Position numbers and translations under genes: made by a program. The notes under the pieces are model-generated. The model did no database searches, had not been told where the DNA came from, and worked only from the letters and a program-made list of their open reading frames with translations. Shown here one piece after another: positions 1 through 7,882 of a stretch of DNA of 59,941 bases. Within the stretch, counting starts at the first letter, position 1, and each line of letters opens with the position of its first letter. The DNA comes from an uncultured Candidatus Bathyarchaeia archaeon (GTDB lineage: Archaea; Thermoproteota; Bathyarchaeia; Bathyarchaeales; Bathycorpusculaceae), in assembly GCA_964450845.1 (NCBI GenBank), contig CAYVGZ010000002.1, forward strand, positions 1 through 59,941, given 5' to 3'.

Positions 1-2
1 GT

Positions 3-161
3 ATTGGGGACCACGATTTACTGGCTATTGGTGTAGTTATTGATTTTGAACATTTAATCAAAGTGAGAAATGACATCGCAAGAATACCCGGTGTTAGAGA
101 TGTTCAAGTGTCTTTTTGGGTCGAAAAAACGGAGGTTTGCCCTAAATACTTCATAGTTTAA
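3..161 (+). CDS. Lrp/AsnC family regulator, C-terminal (RAM) domain, 5'-truncated by window edge
   Basis: Own translation of frame 3: IGDHDLLAIGVVIDFEHLIKVRNDIARIPGVRDVQVSFWVEKTEVCPKYFIV*. The G-x-x-D-L-L ... I-x-x-I-P-G-V pattern is typical of Lrp/AsnC C-domains. Not in the ORF track. Confidence 0.7.
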   Translation: MGDHDLLAIGVVIDFEHLIKVRNDIARIPGVRDVQVSFWVEKTEVCPKYFIV

Positions 162-302
162 GTAATATGCAGATGAGTTGTTGTAGAGCCACTGCAAATC
201 GCCAGCCCCAAACCCTGAACACCCTAAACCTTCAAAACAAAACAATAAGCAAGATCACAAATGCCAATGCTAGAATAATTAATTGAATCTGAACGTATAA
301 TG

Positions 303-332
303 AAAAGTTCAATCTATATATAAGGGAGGGGG
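303..332 (+). repeat. Copy 1 of AAAAGTTSAAYCTATATATAAGGGGG motif
   Basis: aaaagttcaatctatatataagggaggggg; matches copies at 369-403 and (inverted) 4176-4210. Confidence 0.8.
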
Positions 333-368
333 TAGGCGTTCTGAGAGCAAAACCCATCGCATAGAAGC

Positions 369-403
369 AAAAGTTGAACCTATATATAAGGGGGTCTAGT
401 CAC
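369..403 (+). repeat. Copy 2 of the motif (full length, ...GGGGGTCTAGTCAC)
   Basis: aaaagttgaacctatatataagggggtctagtcac. Confidence 0.85.
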
Positions 404-547
404 TCCGAAAGCAGAAGCATGCTCCGCTGACGGAAATAAGTCTTTATGATGAACCTTCATTCTATTGTAATAAGTCATAAATCGTAATATAGGTTAAATC
501 TTTTAAAGAGATCAAACTATAATCAGAAGGCAGAAACACTAGGTTGA

Positions 548-889
548 ATGTATATGACTAAAAGCGGAGAAGAGGAGAAGATTAAACACATATTAACCAA
601 CCCAAAATTTGCAGCCATTAAGGCAATGCTTGAAAAAGACCATGCAATAGATTGCATCTTCCTGCTTCACATGAACCGTGGCAAATGGAAGGAAGCAAAA
701 GACTTCATGCGAGAAAACGGTTTAACCCTCAGCGATGGCACCTTCAGAGCTAGAATGATCGAAATCGAGGATTTAGGCTTGGCTAAAAGCGAACGCATAG
801 ACCCCCTGAAAAAGTACTATGTACAAACAAAGCTCGGCGAAAAAACCGCTAAACTCTTACTAGAATTCTTTGACAAACTAGGCATCTAA
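548..889 (+). CDS. Winged helix-turn-helix protein (HxlR/MarR-like fold)
   Basis: LSDGTFRARMIEIEDLGLAK...KYYVQTKLGEK is a recognition helix plus wing, ending in the T-x-x-G motif. Confidence 0.65.
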   Translation: MYMTKSGEEEKIKHILTNPKFAAIKAMLEKDHAIDCIFLLHMNRGKWKEAKDFMRENGLTLSDGTFRARMIEIEDLGLAKSERIDPLKKYYVQTKLGEKTAKLLLEFFDKLGI

Positions 890-1086
890 ACCTTCAAAGC
901 ATAATGTCGCGCCGCTGTTGTACAACTCCCTTTTTCATGGTTTTTTAAACGTTAGACTAAAGTTTGCTTTTGAATTCTTGTAGTCTCGTTTTACAAATGA
1001 TTAATATGGTGTATTAAGTCGCAAGATTTAAATTGTCTGTCTCCTCTAAACTACACAATAACCCTGAAGGAGGGATAGAAAAGAAA

Positions 1087-1491
1087 ATGAAAATGTTGAA
1101 GAGTAGGAAAGCCCTAAGCCCCGTAGTTGCGTCGATTATACTTATTGCTGTGACAGTCGCTGTCAGCATCGCCGTAGCTGCATGGATGGGAGCATTAACA
1201 TTCGGCTTCATGGGCGGGACAGAACAAGCAAGAATTTCATACGTCCAATGGCCTGACGGTACCCATATTTACATAACAGTAGACAATCAAGGGACCTCGA
1301 CAATAACTCTGAAACGCGCCTATGTGAATAATGTACTGAAAACATCAAACTGCACTGACATATCTATTGATCCAGGAGATAGTAAGCTTTTCTCTATAAC
1401 ACATACTTGGACTGCTGGACAAACCTATGACATAACGGTGGAAACTGCGAAGAATAACAAGTTCTCAACCGTGGCTACGCCACCAGGTTAG
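1087..1491 (+). CDS. Archaeal type IV pilin (class III signal peptide)
   Basis: RKA/LSPVVASIILIAVTVAVSIAVAAW is a canonical PibD/FlaK cleavage site plus hydrophobic N-domain. Start moved to ATG 1087, which follows a GGAGG SD-like site. Confidence 0.9.
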   Translation: MKMLKSRKALSPVVASIILIAVTVAVSIAVAAWMGALTFGFMGGTEQARISYVQWPDGTHIYITVDNQGTSTITLKRAYVNNVLKTSNCTDISIDPGDSKLFSITHTWTAGQTYDITVETAKNNKFSTVATPPG

Positions 1492-1581
1492 ACTTAAACC
1501 AATAGAGTTTGTTGAGCTTGGGGTAGGGTAAAAAAGCCTCTCCATTTCCTCTATTGTTTCCTATTTGGAGGTATCTGAAAA

Positions 1582-2007
1582 ATGGTAGTAGAAATAAAAG
1601 AATACGCTTCGGCAGAAGAAATAGCTGAAACCCTTGAAAAAGGAATATCCGACACGAAAAGCACGTTAGGCGAGTATCTACGCCGACTAGACGATATCAG
1701 AGCACTTGCTGAAAAATCCAAGAAAATCCATGAAGTTGTTATGAAGTTGGCGGGCAAGAAGGCTTCAACTGAAAGCCTTGGCGAAATCACAATAGGCAGC
1801 CTAAGCATTGTGTTGGATGCCAACCCATTCCACGAGTTAACGGCAATAGAAGAGGTTGTGCGAAGTCATCAGGAAAGGCTTTTGGTTTTGCAGAAGGCTC
1901 GTGAAGCTTTGAAATGGCTGGATCAGCTTGGGGACACTGAGGGTCTAAGGTATCTGGTCGTAGAAAGTGATGGCGTTCCTGAGCGTATACTCTTCAAAAT
2001 ATCCTAG
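1582..2007 (+). CDS. Conserved-looking hypothetical coiled-coil protein
   Basis: GGAGGT SD; two long amphipathic helices joined by a short beta segment; C-terminal beta hairpin (YLVVESDGVPERILF). Confidence 0.7.
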   Translation: MVVEIKEYASAEEIAETLEKGISDTKSTLGEYLRRLDDIRALAEKSKKIHEVVMKLAGKKASTESLGEITIGSLSIVLDANPFHELTAIEEVVRSHQERLLVLQKAREALKWLDQLGDTEGLRYLVVESDGVPERILFKIS

Positions 2008-2035
2008 AATGGCAATGTTGTGGAAGTGAAAGTTT

Positions 2036-2869
2036 ATGGATAATGAAGTCTACACTTTTGCCCTGAAAAATGCTTTAAACGAAATTCGAAACGTGTGTCC
2101 AGACATAACCAACGCCTTCGTGTTCGGTGACGATGGCGAAATAATAGTTGGAGACGAAACCACTTCCGAAAAAACGATGGTGCATGTTGTAGATGCCTTT
2201 GACGGCATATTTGAAAAGGCCGATGCGATTGGCGGTGTTGAGTGCATAACCATTGATGGCAGTAATGGTAGAGTAAGTGTTTCTTGGCTGAATGAGCTTT
2301 ACTTCGTCACAGTTACTTCAAAAAAAGCAGATTTGAACTATGTGAACGCTGTGACTCGAGTCTTGATTCCAACGGTTCTGCGGTTAATGGAGAAAATTTC
2401 CCCTACTCCCCTCAAAAGCAATTCACCTTTAACCGAAACAAAGCATAAACCCAAGATTCCAATGGATGAAGAGCTTGAAAGATCTGAGCCTGTCGTTGAG
2501 CCTATTGAAGAAACTGTGATGGAGGAGCCTAAAGAAAGAGCGGAAGCTGAAACTGAGCGTGAGCCATTGCTTTCGGAGCCTCCTGTAAGCCAGCTTATAG
2601 TTGAAAATCTCGGTGGCTTGTTGGTTCCGTCTGACACTGTTCGCATTGACAGTGAAATAATGGCAAAGTGGGAAGAGCTTTATGAGGGTAGAAAAATCGA
2701 GGAAGTTGAAGTTGGAACCTTTGATGGAAAAACGATGCGCTGTAAAGTCAAAATCATCAAAGATTCGAAATATGAGGGGAAAGGTGTCATACAAATGCCT
2801 GAAAAGTTGCAGCTTGCCCTTGAAATTAAGAAAGGCGAACTTGTGAGGGCTAAACCGATAATTGAGTGA
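2036..2869 (+). CDS. Roadblock/LC7-like domain fused via an acidic linker to a Cdc48-N-like double-psi beta-barrel
   Basis: N-terminal helix-beta-helix-beta roadblock pattern (LNEIRNVCPDITNAFVFGDDGEII); E/P-rich linker; C-terminal VRIDSEIMAKW...EGKGVIQMPEKLQLALEIKKGELV resembles Cdc48/VAT N-domain ARID...EGKGIIRMD. Confidence 0.65.
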   Translation: MDNEVYTFALKNALNEIRNVCPDITNAFVFGDDGEIIVGDETTSEKTMVHVVDAFDGIFEKADAIGGVECITIDGSNGRVSVSWLNELYFVTVTSKKADLNYVNAVTRVLIPTVLRLMEKISPTPLKSNSPLTETKHKPKIPMDEELERSEPVVEPIEETVMEEPKERAEAETEREPLLSEPPVSQLIVENLGGLLVPSDTVRIDSEIMAKWEELYEGRKIEEVEVGTFDGKTMRCKVKIIKDSKYEGKGVIQMPEKLQLALEIKKGELVRAKPIIE

Positions 2870-2884
2870 TGGAGGCTATGCGTT

Positions 2885-3274
2885 ATGGTTAAGAAAAAAA
2901 GAAGTCTTCAAGAAGTTGAGGCTGTGGCTGAGCCTGTAGCTGTTGAGGAGACTGTTTCTTTGGATAATTTACGGGCAAACCTTGAGGAAATTAAGACGTA
3001 TGATGGTGTTGTAGGCTATATTCTCAGAAACTCCACTTCTGCAGCAATAGACCTTAAAGATCCAGCGAAAATAATTGACTACGCCATTATCTCGTCTTCA
3101 GCCTTGGACGCAGGCGAAGAGCTTTCTAAGCTTTTCAATTTGGGCGCGGTTAAGGACATAGTTGTTGAGGGCAAAGTTGTCAAAGTGCTTTCTTTAACTG
3201 TTGGCGAGAATAGAATAAGCGTTTTCCTAGAGAAAGATGCTGACTGTGAGAAGATTTTGAGAAAACTGCAGTAG
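2885..3274 (+). CDS. Roadblock/LC7 (MglB-like) domain protein
   Basis: LEEIKTYDGVVGYILRN...AIISSSALDAGEELSKLFNLGAVKDIVVEG...VLSLTVGENRISVF is a typical roadblock pattern. Confidence 0.8.
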   Translation: MVKKKRSLQEVEAVAEPVAVEETVSLDNLRANLEEIKTYDGVVGYILRNSTSAAIDLKDPAKIIDYAIISSSALDAGEELSKLFNLGAVKDIVVEGKVVKVLSLTVGENRISVFLEKDADCEKILRKLQ

Positions 3275-3422
3275 CTTAGGGCAAAACATCTTTCTTTATT
3301 TTTGCTTTTTTCCGCATTTTTTGTAGGGGATTTACTTTCAGAACGTTTAAATTAGTGTTTTCTTTAGTATTGTTTGGGAGAAGGGAGCTTTAGCCGCCTT
3401 TTTAAAGGATGAGTGGATAGGC

Positions 3423-3710
3423 TTGTTAGCTCAAACTAAGAGACGCATTGGTAACAGCAATCGTGGGCGTTTAGATATTACTGCAGACATTTTAGAAGCT
3501 TCTAATGGTGGGATTAGGAAAACCTATTTGATGTATCGTTGTAATTTGAGCTTCAAGCAAGTAAAATATTATTTGGATTTTCTGCTCGAGAATGAACTTC
3601 TCTGTTTGGCAACTGGAGGTGCCAATTCTAATCATACTTTGTTTGAGATTACTGATAAGGGTAAGACGTTTTTGAAGACGTACAAGGGTTTAAAAGCTCT
3701 TGTGAAGTAG
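3423..3710 (+). CDS. Archaeal winged-helix regulator (HTH_45-type), paralog 1
   Basis: RGRLDITADIL...GIRKTYLMYRCNLSF...YLDFL...FEITDKG. Confidence 0.85.
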   Translation: MLAQTKRRIGNSNRGRLDITADILEASNGGIRKTYLMYRCNLSFKQVKYYLDFLLENELLCLATGGANSNHTLFEITDKGKTFLKTYKGLKALVK

Positions 3711-3859
3711 AGTTTGGCTAAGAATCTTGAAACGATTTCTTTAAGTTTTATGTTATTTTTAGAACTTTTTTATAGAAGATTGTGTGCAATTAGTTTTATT
3801 AGCGGTTTATTACTATCTTATTATTGTTTGTGTTAGATTTCGATTTAGAGTTGGGTGAA

Positions 3860-4129
3860 ATGGAGAAGGCTAGGAGAAGGAGAAGTCGTATTGAAGTTAT
3901 TTGCGATATTTTGAGCGAGGCTTTGGAGGGTGCGAATAAGACGAGGCTTATGTATCATTGTAATTTGAATTTTATGCGGTTTAATCGTTATTTGCAGGAG
4001 TTGTTGGATGCGGGTTTGGTTGAGCGCGTAGACTCTAATCCTGAGGGTATAGTTTTATACAAGACTTCGGATAAGGGGCGTCAACTGGTTAAGGTTTTGC
4101 GTAAAGCGAACGAGTTTTTGTCTTTTTGA
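3860..4129 (+). CDS. Archaeal winged-helix regulator (HTH_45-type), paralog 2
   Basis: RSRIEVICDIL...GANKTRLMYHCNLNF...YKTSDKG; start moved to ATG 3860 after GGGTGA. Confidence 0.85.
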   Translation: MEKARRRRSRIEVICDILSEALEGANKTRLMYHCNLNFMRFNRYLQELLDAGLVERVDSNPEGIVLYKTSDKGRQLVKVLRKANEFLSF

Positions 4130-4175
4130 TTGTTTTCAGTTTTCTATGAAAGGTCTCTGTCTGATGTGCTCTGCG

Positions 4176-4210
4176 GTGACTAGACCCCCCTTATATATAG
4201 ATTGAATTTT
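4176..4210 (-). repeat. Copy 3 (inverted) of the TATATATAAGGGGG motif
   Basis: Reverse complement reads aaaattcaatctatatataaggggggtctagtcac; lies between two convergent gene ends. Confidence 0.85.
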
Positions 4211-4250
4211 AGGTTGTTGCGAAAATTGTATTTGGGTTTGGTGAGTGTGG

Positions 4251-4646
4251 TTATTTTATTTTGTTTATGGCTATTTCGTTTAGTTTTTTGTTTATGCGGA
4301 GTTCTAGTTCTAGGCTGTTTTCTGTTAGGTTTGTTATGCGGGTGCATTGGATTAGGAGGGTTTTTTGTGGTGGTATTATTATTGTGCCGACTGCTGTTGT
4401 TTCTGTGTTTGCGGTTTGTGTTTCTGGGTTTTGTTCTTTTTGGTTTACGACGAGTGTTTTCCAGTTTTGATTAAGCTTTATTTGGTTTGTTGCTGGGTTG
4501 TGTTGTATTAGGTCTGTTTCTGTTAGTAGTTTTATTATTTGTTGGATTTTGTCTTGGGTTGTTTCTAGGGTTTTTGCTGTTTCGTCTACATTGTGCCAGA
4601 CGTTGTCGCTTAAAAGGGTTAATAGTTTCTCAAGTTTTGTGGACAA
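4251..4646 (-). CDS. HTH domain plus small C-terminal beta domain protein, paralog A
   Basis: N-terminal wHTH (WHNVDETAKTL...IIKLLTETDLIQHN); C-terminal AVGTIIIP...ELELRI...EIAI is shared with 5385-5747. Confidence 0.7.
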   Translation of the reverse strand: MSTKLEKLLTLLSDNVWHNVDETAKTLETTQDKIQQIIKLLTETDLIQHNPATNQIKLNQNWKTLVVNQKEQNPETQTANTETTAVGTIIIPPQKTLLIQCTRITNLTENSLELELRINKKLNEIAINKIK

Positions 4647-5124
4647 ATCTTTTCCTTCTTTTCATGTTGCAGGAATTATTTCTTTTTTACGTTGTGGTAT
4701 ATAAAGTGTTGAGGGCTTCTAGGCTGGACTATTAGTCTAGCTGGCACGTGCGACTGTGTCAAATTTTGTGCTGATTTGTGTCGGATCTATAGCATTATCA
4801 AAATCCAACAAAGTAATTTCGTGTACATATTTATGTTTGCTTGGAGATTAAGGGCGTTTGAGGAGCAAGAAGCATTTTTAGCTATATTTCATCTACGAAG
4901 CCATCGAGAAGTGAGTTTTGTTCATAATCAAAAACTGGGCAGAGCATTGTTTTTTTTGTAGTAGTAAATGATTAAGATGATGGTTGAAGGAATAGAATAG
5001 ATGTAAAAGACGATTTTAAGTTATCAGTTTAGCGGTTTTTCTTTGACTTATACTTTTCGTAAGTTTTAATAGTGCCTTAGTAGATATTTCATGGTTATCT
5101 TTTGGTTGTTAGAATGGGTTTAGT

Positions 5125-5388
5125 ATGGGTCGTCATCGTCGTAGGGGTGAGGTTCAGATTCTAACAGATATTCTAATCCTGTCTTTAAAGGGTGTGAAGG
5201 CAACCCATCTTATGTATAAGGCCAATTTGAGTTATTCTACACTTAGAAAGTATTTGTCTAGTGCTTTGAGGAAGGGCTTGGTTAGTAAGGCTTGTAATGA
5301 TGATGGTTCCGTTGTGTATTGTATTACGGAGAAAGGTAGGCTTCTTTTAGAGAGACTCAATGAAGTGAACTGTGTCCTGCGGTCTTAG
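5125..5388 (+). CDS. Archaeal winged-helix regulator (HTH_45-type), paralog 3
   Basis: RRRGEVQILTDIL...KATHLMYKANLSYSTLRKYL...YCITEKG. Confidence 0.85.
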   Translation: MGRHRRRGEVQILTDILILSLKGVKATHLMYKANLSYSTLRKYLSSALRKGLVSKACNDDGSVVYCITEKGRLLLERLNEVNCVLRS

Positions 5389-5747
5389 GCTAGCGGACAT
5401 ATTGCTATTTCTTTTTGTTTGGCTCTCAGTCTTATTTTTAGTTCTAGGTCGTTTCTTGTGTAGTTTCCAATCAGCAGATCTTGAATTTTTATCTCTTTAT
5501 ATCTTGGGAGGATTATTTGGCCTGTTGCTGGTTTTGCTGTTTCGATTCTTTTGTTTATGCCGTTTAGCCATCTTGGCAGGTTCACTTTTCCTGTTTTTGG
5601 GTTGTATTCTATAAGGTTGTTTTGTTGTAGATTTGTTAGGATTTCGTGTAGGCTTCTTTCTGAGATTTCGAGTTTTTTGGCTAGTTTTTTTATGTTGAGT
5701 GATTTTTCTTCTTCGATTATTGTGAGAAGGTCTGATGTTGTTAGCAT
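5385..5747 (-). CDS. HTH domain plus small C-terminal beta domain protein, paralog B
   Basis: LNIKKLAKKLEISERSLHEILTNLQQNNLIEYN (HTH); ATGQIILP...DLELKIRL...EIAIC. Confidence 0.7.
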   Translation of the reverse strand: MLTTSDLLTIIEEEKSLNIKKLAKKLEISERSLHEILTNLQQNNLIEYNPKTGKVNLPRWLNGINKRIETAKPATGQIILPRYKEIKIQDLLIGNYTRNDLELKIRLRAKQKEIAICPLA

Positions 5748-5982
5748 ATGTTTAAATTGAGGTTTGCGTTTATTAATAGTTAGGAAATTTTTGTCTGTTT
5801 CATTTTTTGGTTTTTATAGAAGAGATAGACATTTGTTCTAGACAATTAACATAGATGTTATATACTTGATTATTTAAATATTGCGGATGTGTGATAGTTA
5901 GACGGTGTGAGTGAGGGAAAAAGAGAAACTAGGTGTTTAACTAATGTTTCTTGTCCGCTCCTGTCATGGGGGGAATGTTTGA

Positions 5983-6372
5983 GTGGAAGCTTTAGCGGGT
6001 AAGGAGTTGGTGGAGGAGCTTAAGAAGGAGTGGAGAGCTTTGTGGTGGGAGCGGATTGATGATAAGGTTAGGGCTGAAGGGATTGCTGATAAGGATTATG
6101 GCAGGTTGTTTGTTGAAAAGGGAACTGTGATTTTTGCTACTAGGAAGTTTAAGATTTTGAGTTTTAGGGAAATTTTGCAGTTGCATGGTGTTGTTGATGT
6201 GGATAGGGTTGTTGGGCCAAGTCCTTCTGTTGGTGGTTGGGGGAAGTTTATCCGTACAGTTATTTCCAGTCAGCAGCAAATGAAACGTAGGAGACGGGCT
6301 CGGGAGTATTTTGAGGGTGAAAAACAGAAGCAGCAGTTGAAGAAGGGTGGGCGTGGCTGGCTTCATTATTAG
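5983..6372 (+). CDS. Hypothetical protein with a basic C-terminal tail
   Basis: Open 129-aa ORF with Trp/Gly-rich motifs (WRALWWERIDD, SVGGWGKFIR); natural amino-acid composition. Confidence 0.6.
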   Translation: MEALAGKELVEELKKEWRALWWERIDDKVRAEGIADKDYGRLFVEKGTVIFATRKFKILSFREILQLHGVVDVDRVVGPSPSVGGWGKFIRTVISSQQQMKRRRRAREYFEGEKQKQQLKKGGRGWLHY

Positions 6373-6419
6373 GCTAAGCGTAAAATAAGTGCAGTTTAAT
6401 TTTTTGAGAGGCGCAATTT

Positions 6420-6737
6420 TTGGGAAGCTATAGAAGTAGGTTTGATATTATAGCGGATATTCTGCATGTGGTCAAGGGTAATGATGGTGCTAAGAAGACG
6501 CAGATTATGTATGGGGCGAATTTGAGTTATAAGGTTTTGACGAGGTATTTGGGTGAGGTTTTGGAGGCTTGTCTTGTTAGATTTGAGAGGGGTAAGCGTT
6601 GTTATGTGCTTACGGCTAAAGGAAGAGAGTTTTTGGAGCGTTATCGTGAGTATTCAAGGCGGAACAAGCATGTGGAGAGGCAATTGAACGATGTTGAGTT
6701 GAAGAGGAAGGTTTTGGAGGGTTTGTGTTCGGTTTAG
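6420..6737 (+). CDS. Archaeal winged-helix regulator (HTH_45-type), paralog 4
   Basis: YRSRFDIIADIL...GAKKTQIMYGANLSYKVLTRYL...YVLTAKG. Confidence 0.85.
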   Translation: MGSYRSRFDIIADILHVVKGNDGAKKTQIMYGANLSYKVLTRYLGEVLEACLVRFERGKRCYVLTAKGREFLERYREYSRRNKHVERQLNDVELKRKVLEGLCSV

Positions 6738-6778
6738 GGTTTTGGTTGTTTTTTGTTGTTTGTTTGAGGGTGTTGTGT

Positions 6779-7258
6779 TTGAGGGTTAGGCGTGTTATTT
6801 GTTGGGTTTTGGTTTTGTTTGTTTTTGTTTCTGGTGTTTCTATGCGTTGTTTTGGGGCTGGCATTGGGGATGCGTTTTCGGCTATTTCGGATGCTGAGGG
6901 GAAGGTTGTTGCTTGCTATAAGGCTGTTTCGGATGCGCAGGGGGCTGGCGCGAATGTTAGCGATTTGCTAAGCGTTCTTAATGATGCTGGTTGGTTTTTG
7001 TCTAGGGCTAAATTGGCATATAACCAAAGCGATTTTGATTCTGCTGTGGTTTATGCTAATAACTGCAGTTTAAAGCTGAATGGTTTTTTGGAGCAGGCTG
7101 AAAGTTTGAAGTTGGATGCTGAGCGGGCTGGTTATTTGGATTTTATGGTTAATATTGTTGGTTCTGGTGTTGGTGCAATGGGTGTTGTTGTTGGCGGTTT
7201 TTCTGTTTGGGTTTTTTTGAAGAAACGTGAGGAGACTAAGGGGGCGGATCTGGGTTGA
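6779..7258 (+). CDS. Exported helical protein with C-terminal membrane anchor
   Basis: Signal-like N-terminus (start estimated at TTG 6779 after GAGGGTG), Ala-rich helices, C-terminal TM followed by KKR; overlaps the next gene by 4 nt. Confidence 0.65.
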   Translation: MRVRRVICWVLVLFVFVSGVSMRCFGAGIGDAFSAISDAEGKVVACYKAVSDAQGAGANVSDLLSVLNDAGWFLSRAKLAYNQSDFDSAVVYANNCSLKLNGFLEQAESLKLDAERAGYLDFMVNIVGSGVGAMGVVVGGFSVWVFLKKREETKGADLG

Positions 7259-7866
7259 GCATCAGGGAGTTTGGGCTTCTTTATTGGGTTGTTGTTGGAG
7301 TTTTGGCTTTGCTTGTTGCTCCGTCTTTTTTAAGCAGGGTTTTGGTTTATCCGCGGACTGAGTTTTTTACTGAGCTTTGGATTTTGGATGCGGATCATAG
7401 GGCTGAGAATTATCCGTTTAACATTACGCGTAACCAGAATTATAGTGTTTTTTTGGGGATTGGAAATCGTTTGGGATATTGCGCTTATTATGTGGTTCAG
7501 GTGAAGTTTCGCAATCAAACTCAGCCAGCGCCAACCAGTTTTGGACCAATCGAAGAGCGTGTTCCCAGCAATTTATCTTCGCTTTATAACATCACAGCGT
7601 TTGTGGCTGATGAGGGCGTCTGGGAAATGCCTCTGAAGTTTTCTTTTGATTACGGGTTTAATGAAACGCTTATGCGGGTTGAGTTTGCCAGCGTAACCGT
7701 GAACGATGTTGCTGTGGATTTGGATGATCAGATGGTTGTGTGGGACGCGGTGAACCGAGAGTTTCGGGGGTTTTTGTTCTTTGAAGTTTGGCTGTATGAT
7801 TCTAATGCTGCCTATTTTGGGTATCATGGACGTTTTGTGAGCCTAAGGCTAAACATGACAGTTTGA
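7255..7866 (+). CDS. DUF1616-domain membrane-anchored protein
   Basis: EFFTELWILD...AENYPFNI...VFLGIGN...Y.VQVK...F..RL motif after an N-terminal TM. Confidence 0.75.
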   Translation: MSIREFGLLYWVVVGVLALLVAPSFLSRVLVYPRTEFFTELWILDADHRAENYPFNITRNQNYSVFLGIGNRLGYCAYYVVQVKFRNQTQPAPTSFGPIEERVPSNLSSLYNITAFVADEGVWEMPLKFSFDYGFNETLMRVEFASVTVNDVAVDLDDQMVVWDAVNREFRGFLFFEVWLYDSNAAYFGYHGRFVSLRLNMTV

Positions 7867-7882
7867 CATATTATAGGGAGCT

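Noticed and set aside
1582-2007. Assignment to CdvA, arcadin or prefoldin
   Set aside because: Only generic coiled-coil similarity; no family-specific motif recognised
4202-5760. Cys/Leu/Phe/Val-rich ORFs (4202, 4261, 4487, 4498, 5372, 5551)
   Set aside because: Antisense shadows of real minus-strand genes, produced by the G/T-rich strand lacking stop codons
4724-5840. TAGAC-N-GTCTA-like palindromes upstream of both HTH-beta paralogs (4724-4740, 5826-5840)
   Set aside because: Spacer length and distance to the TATA box differ; too weak to call an operator
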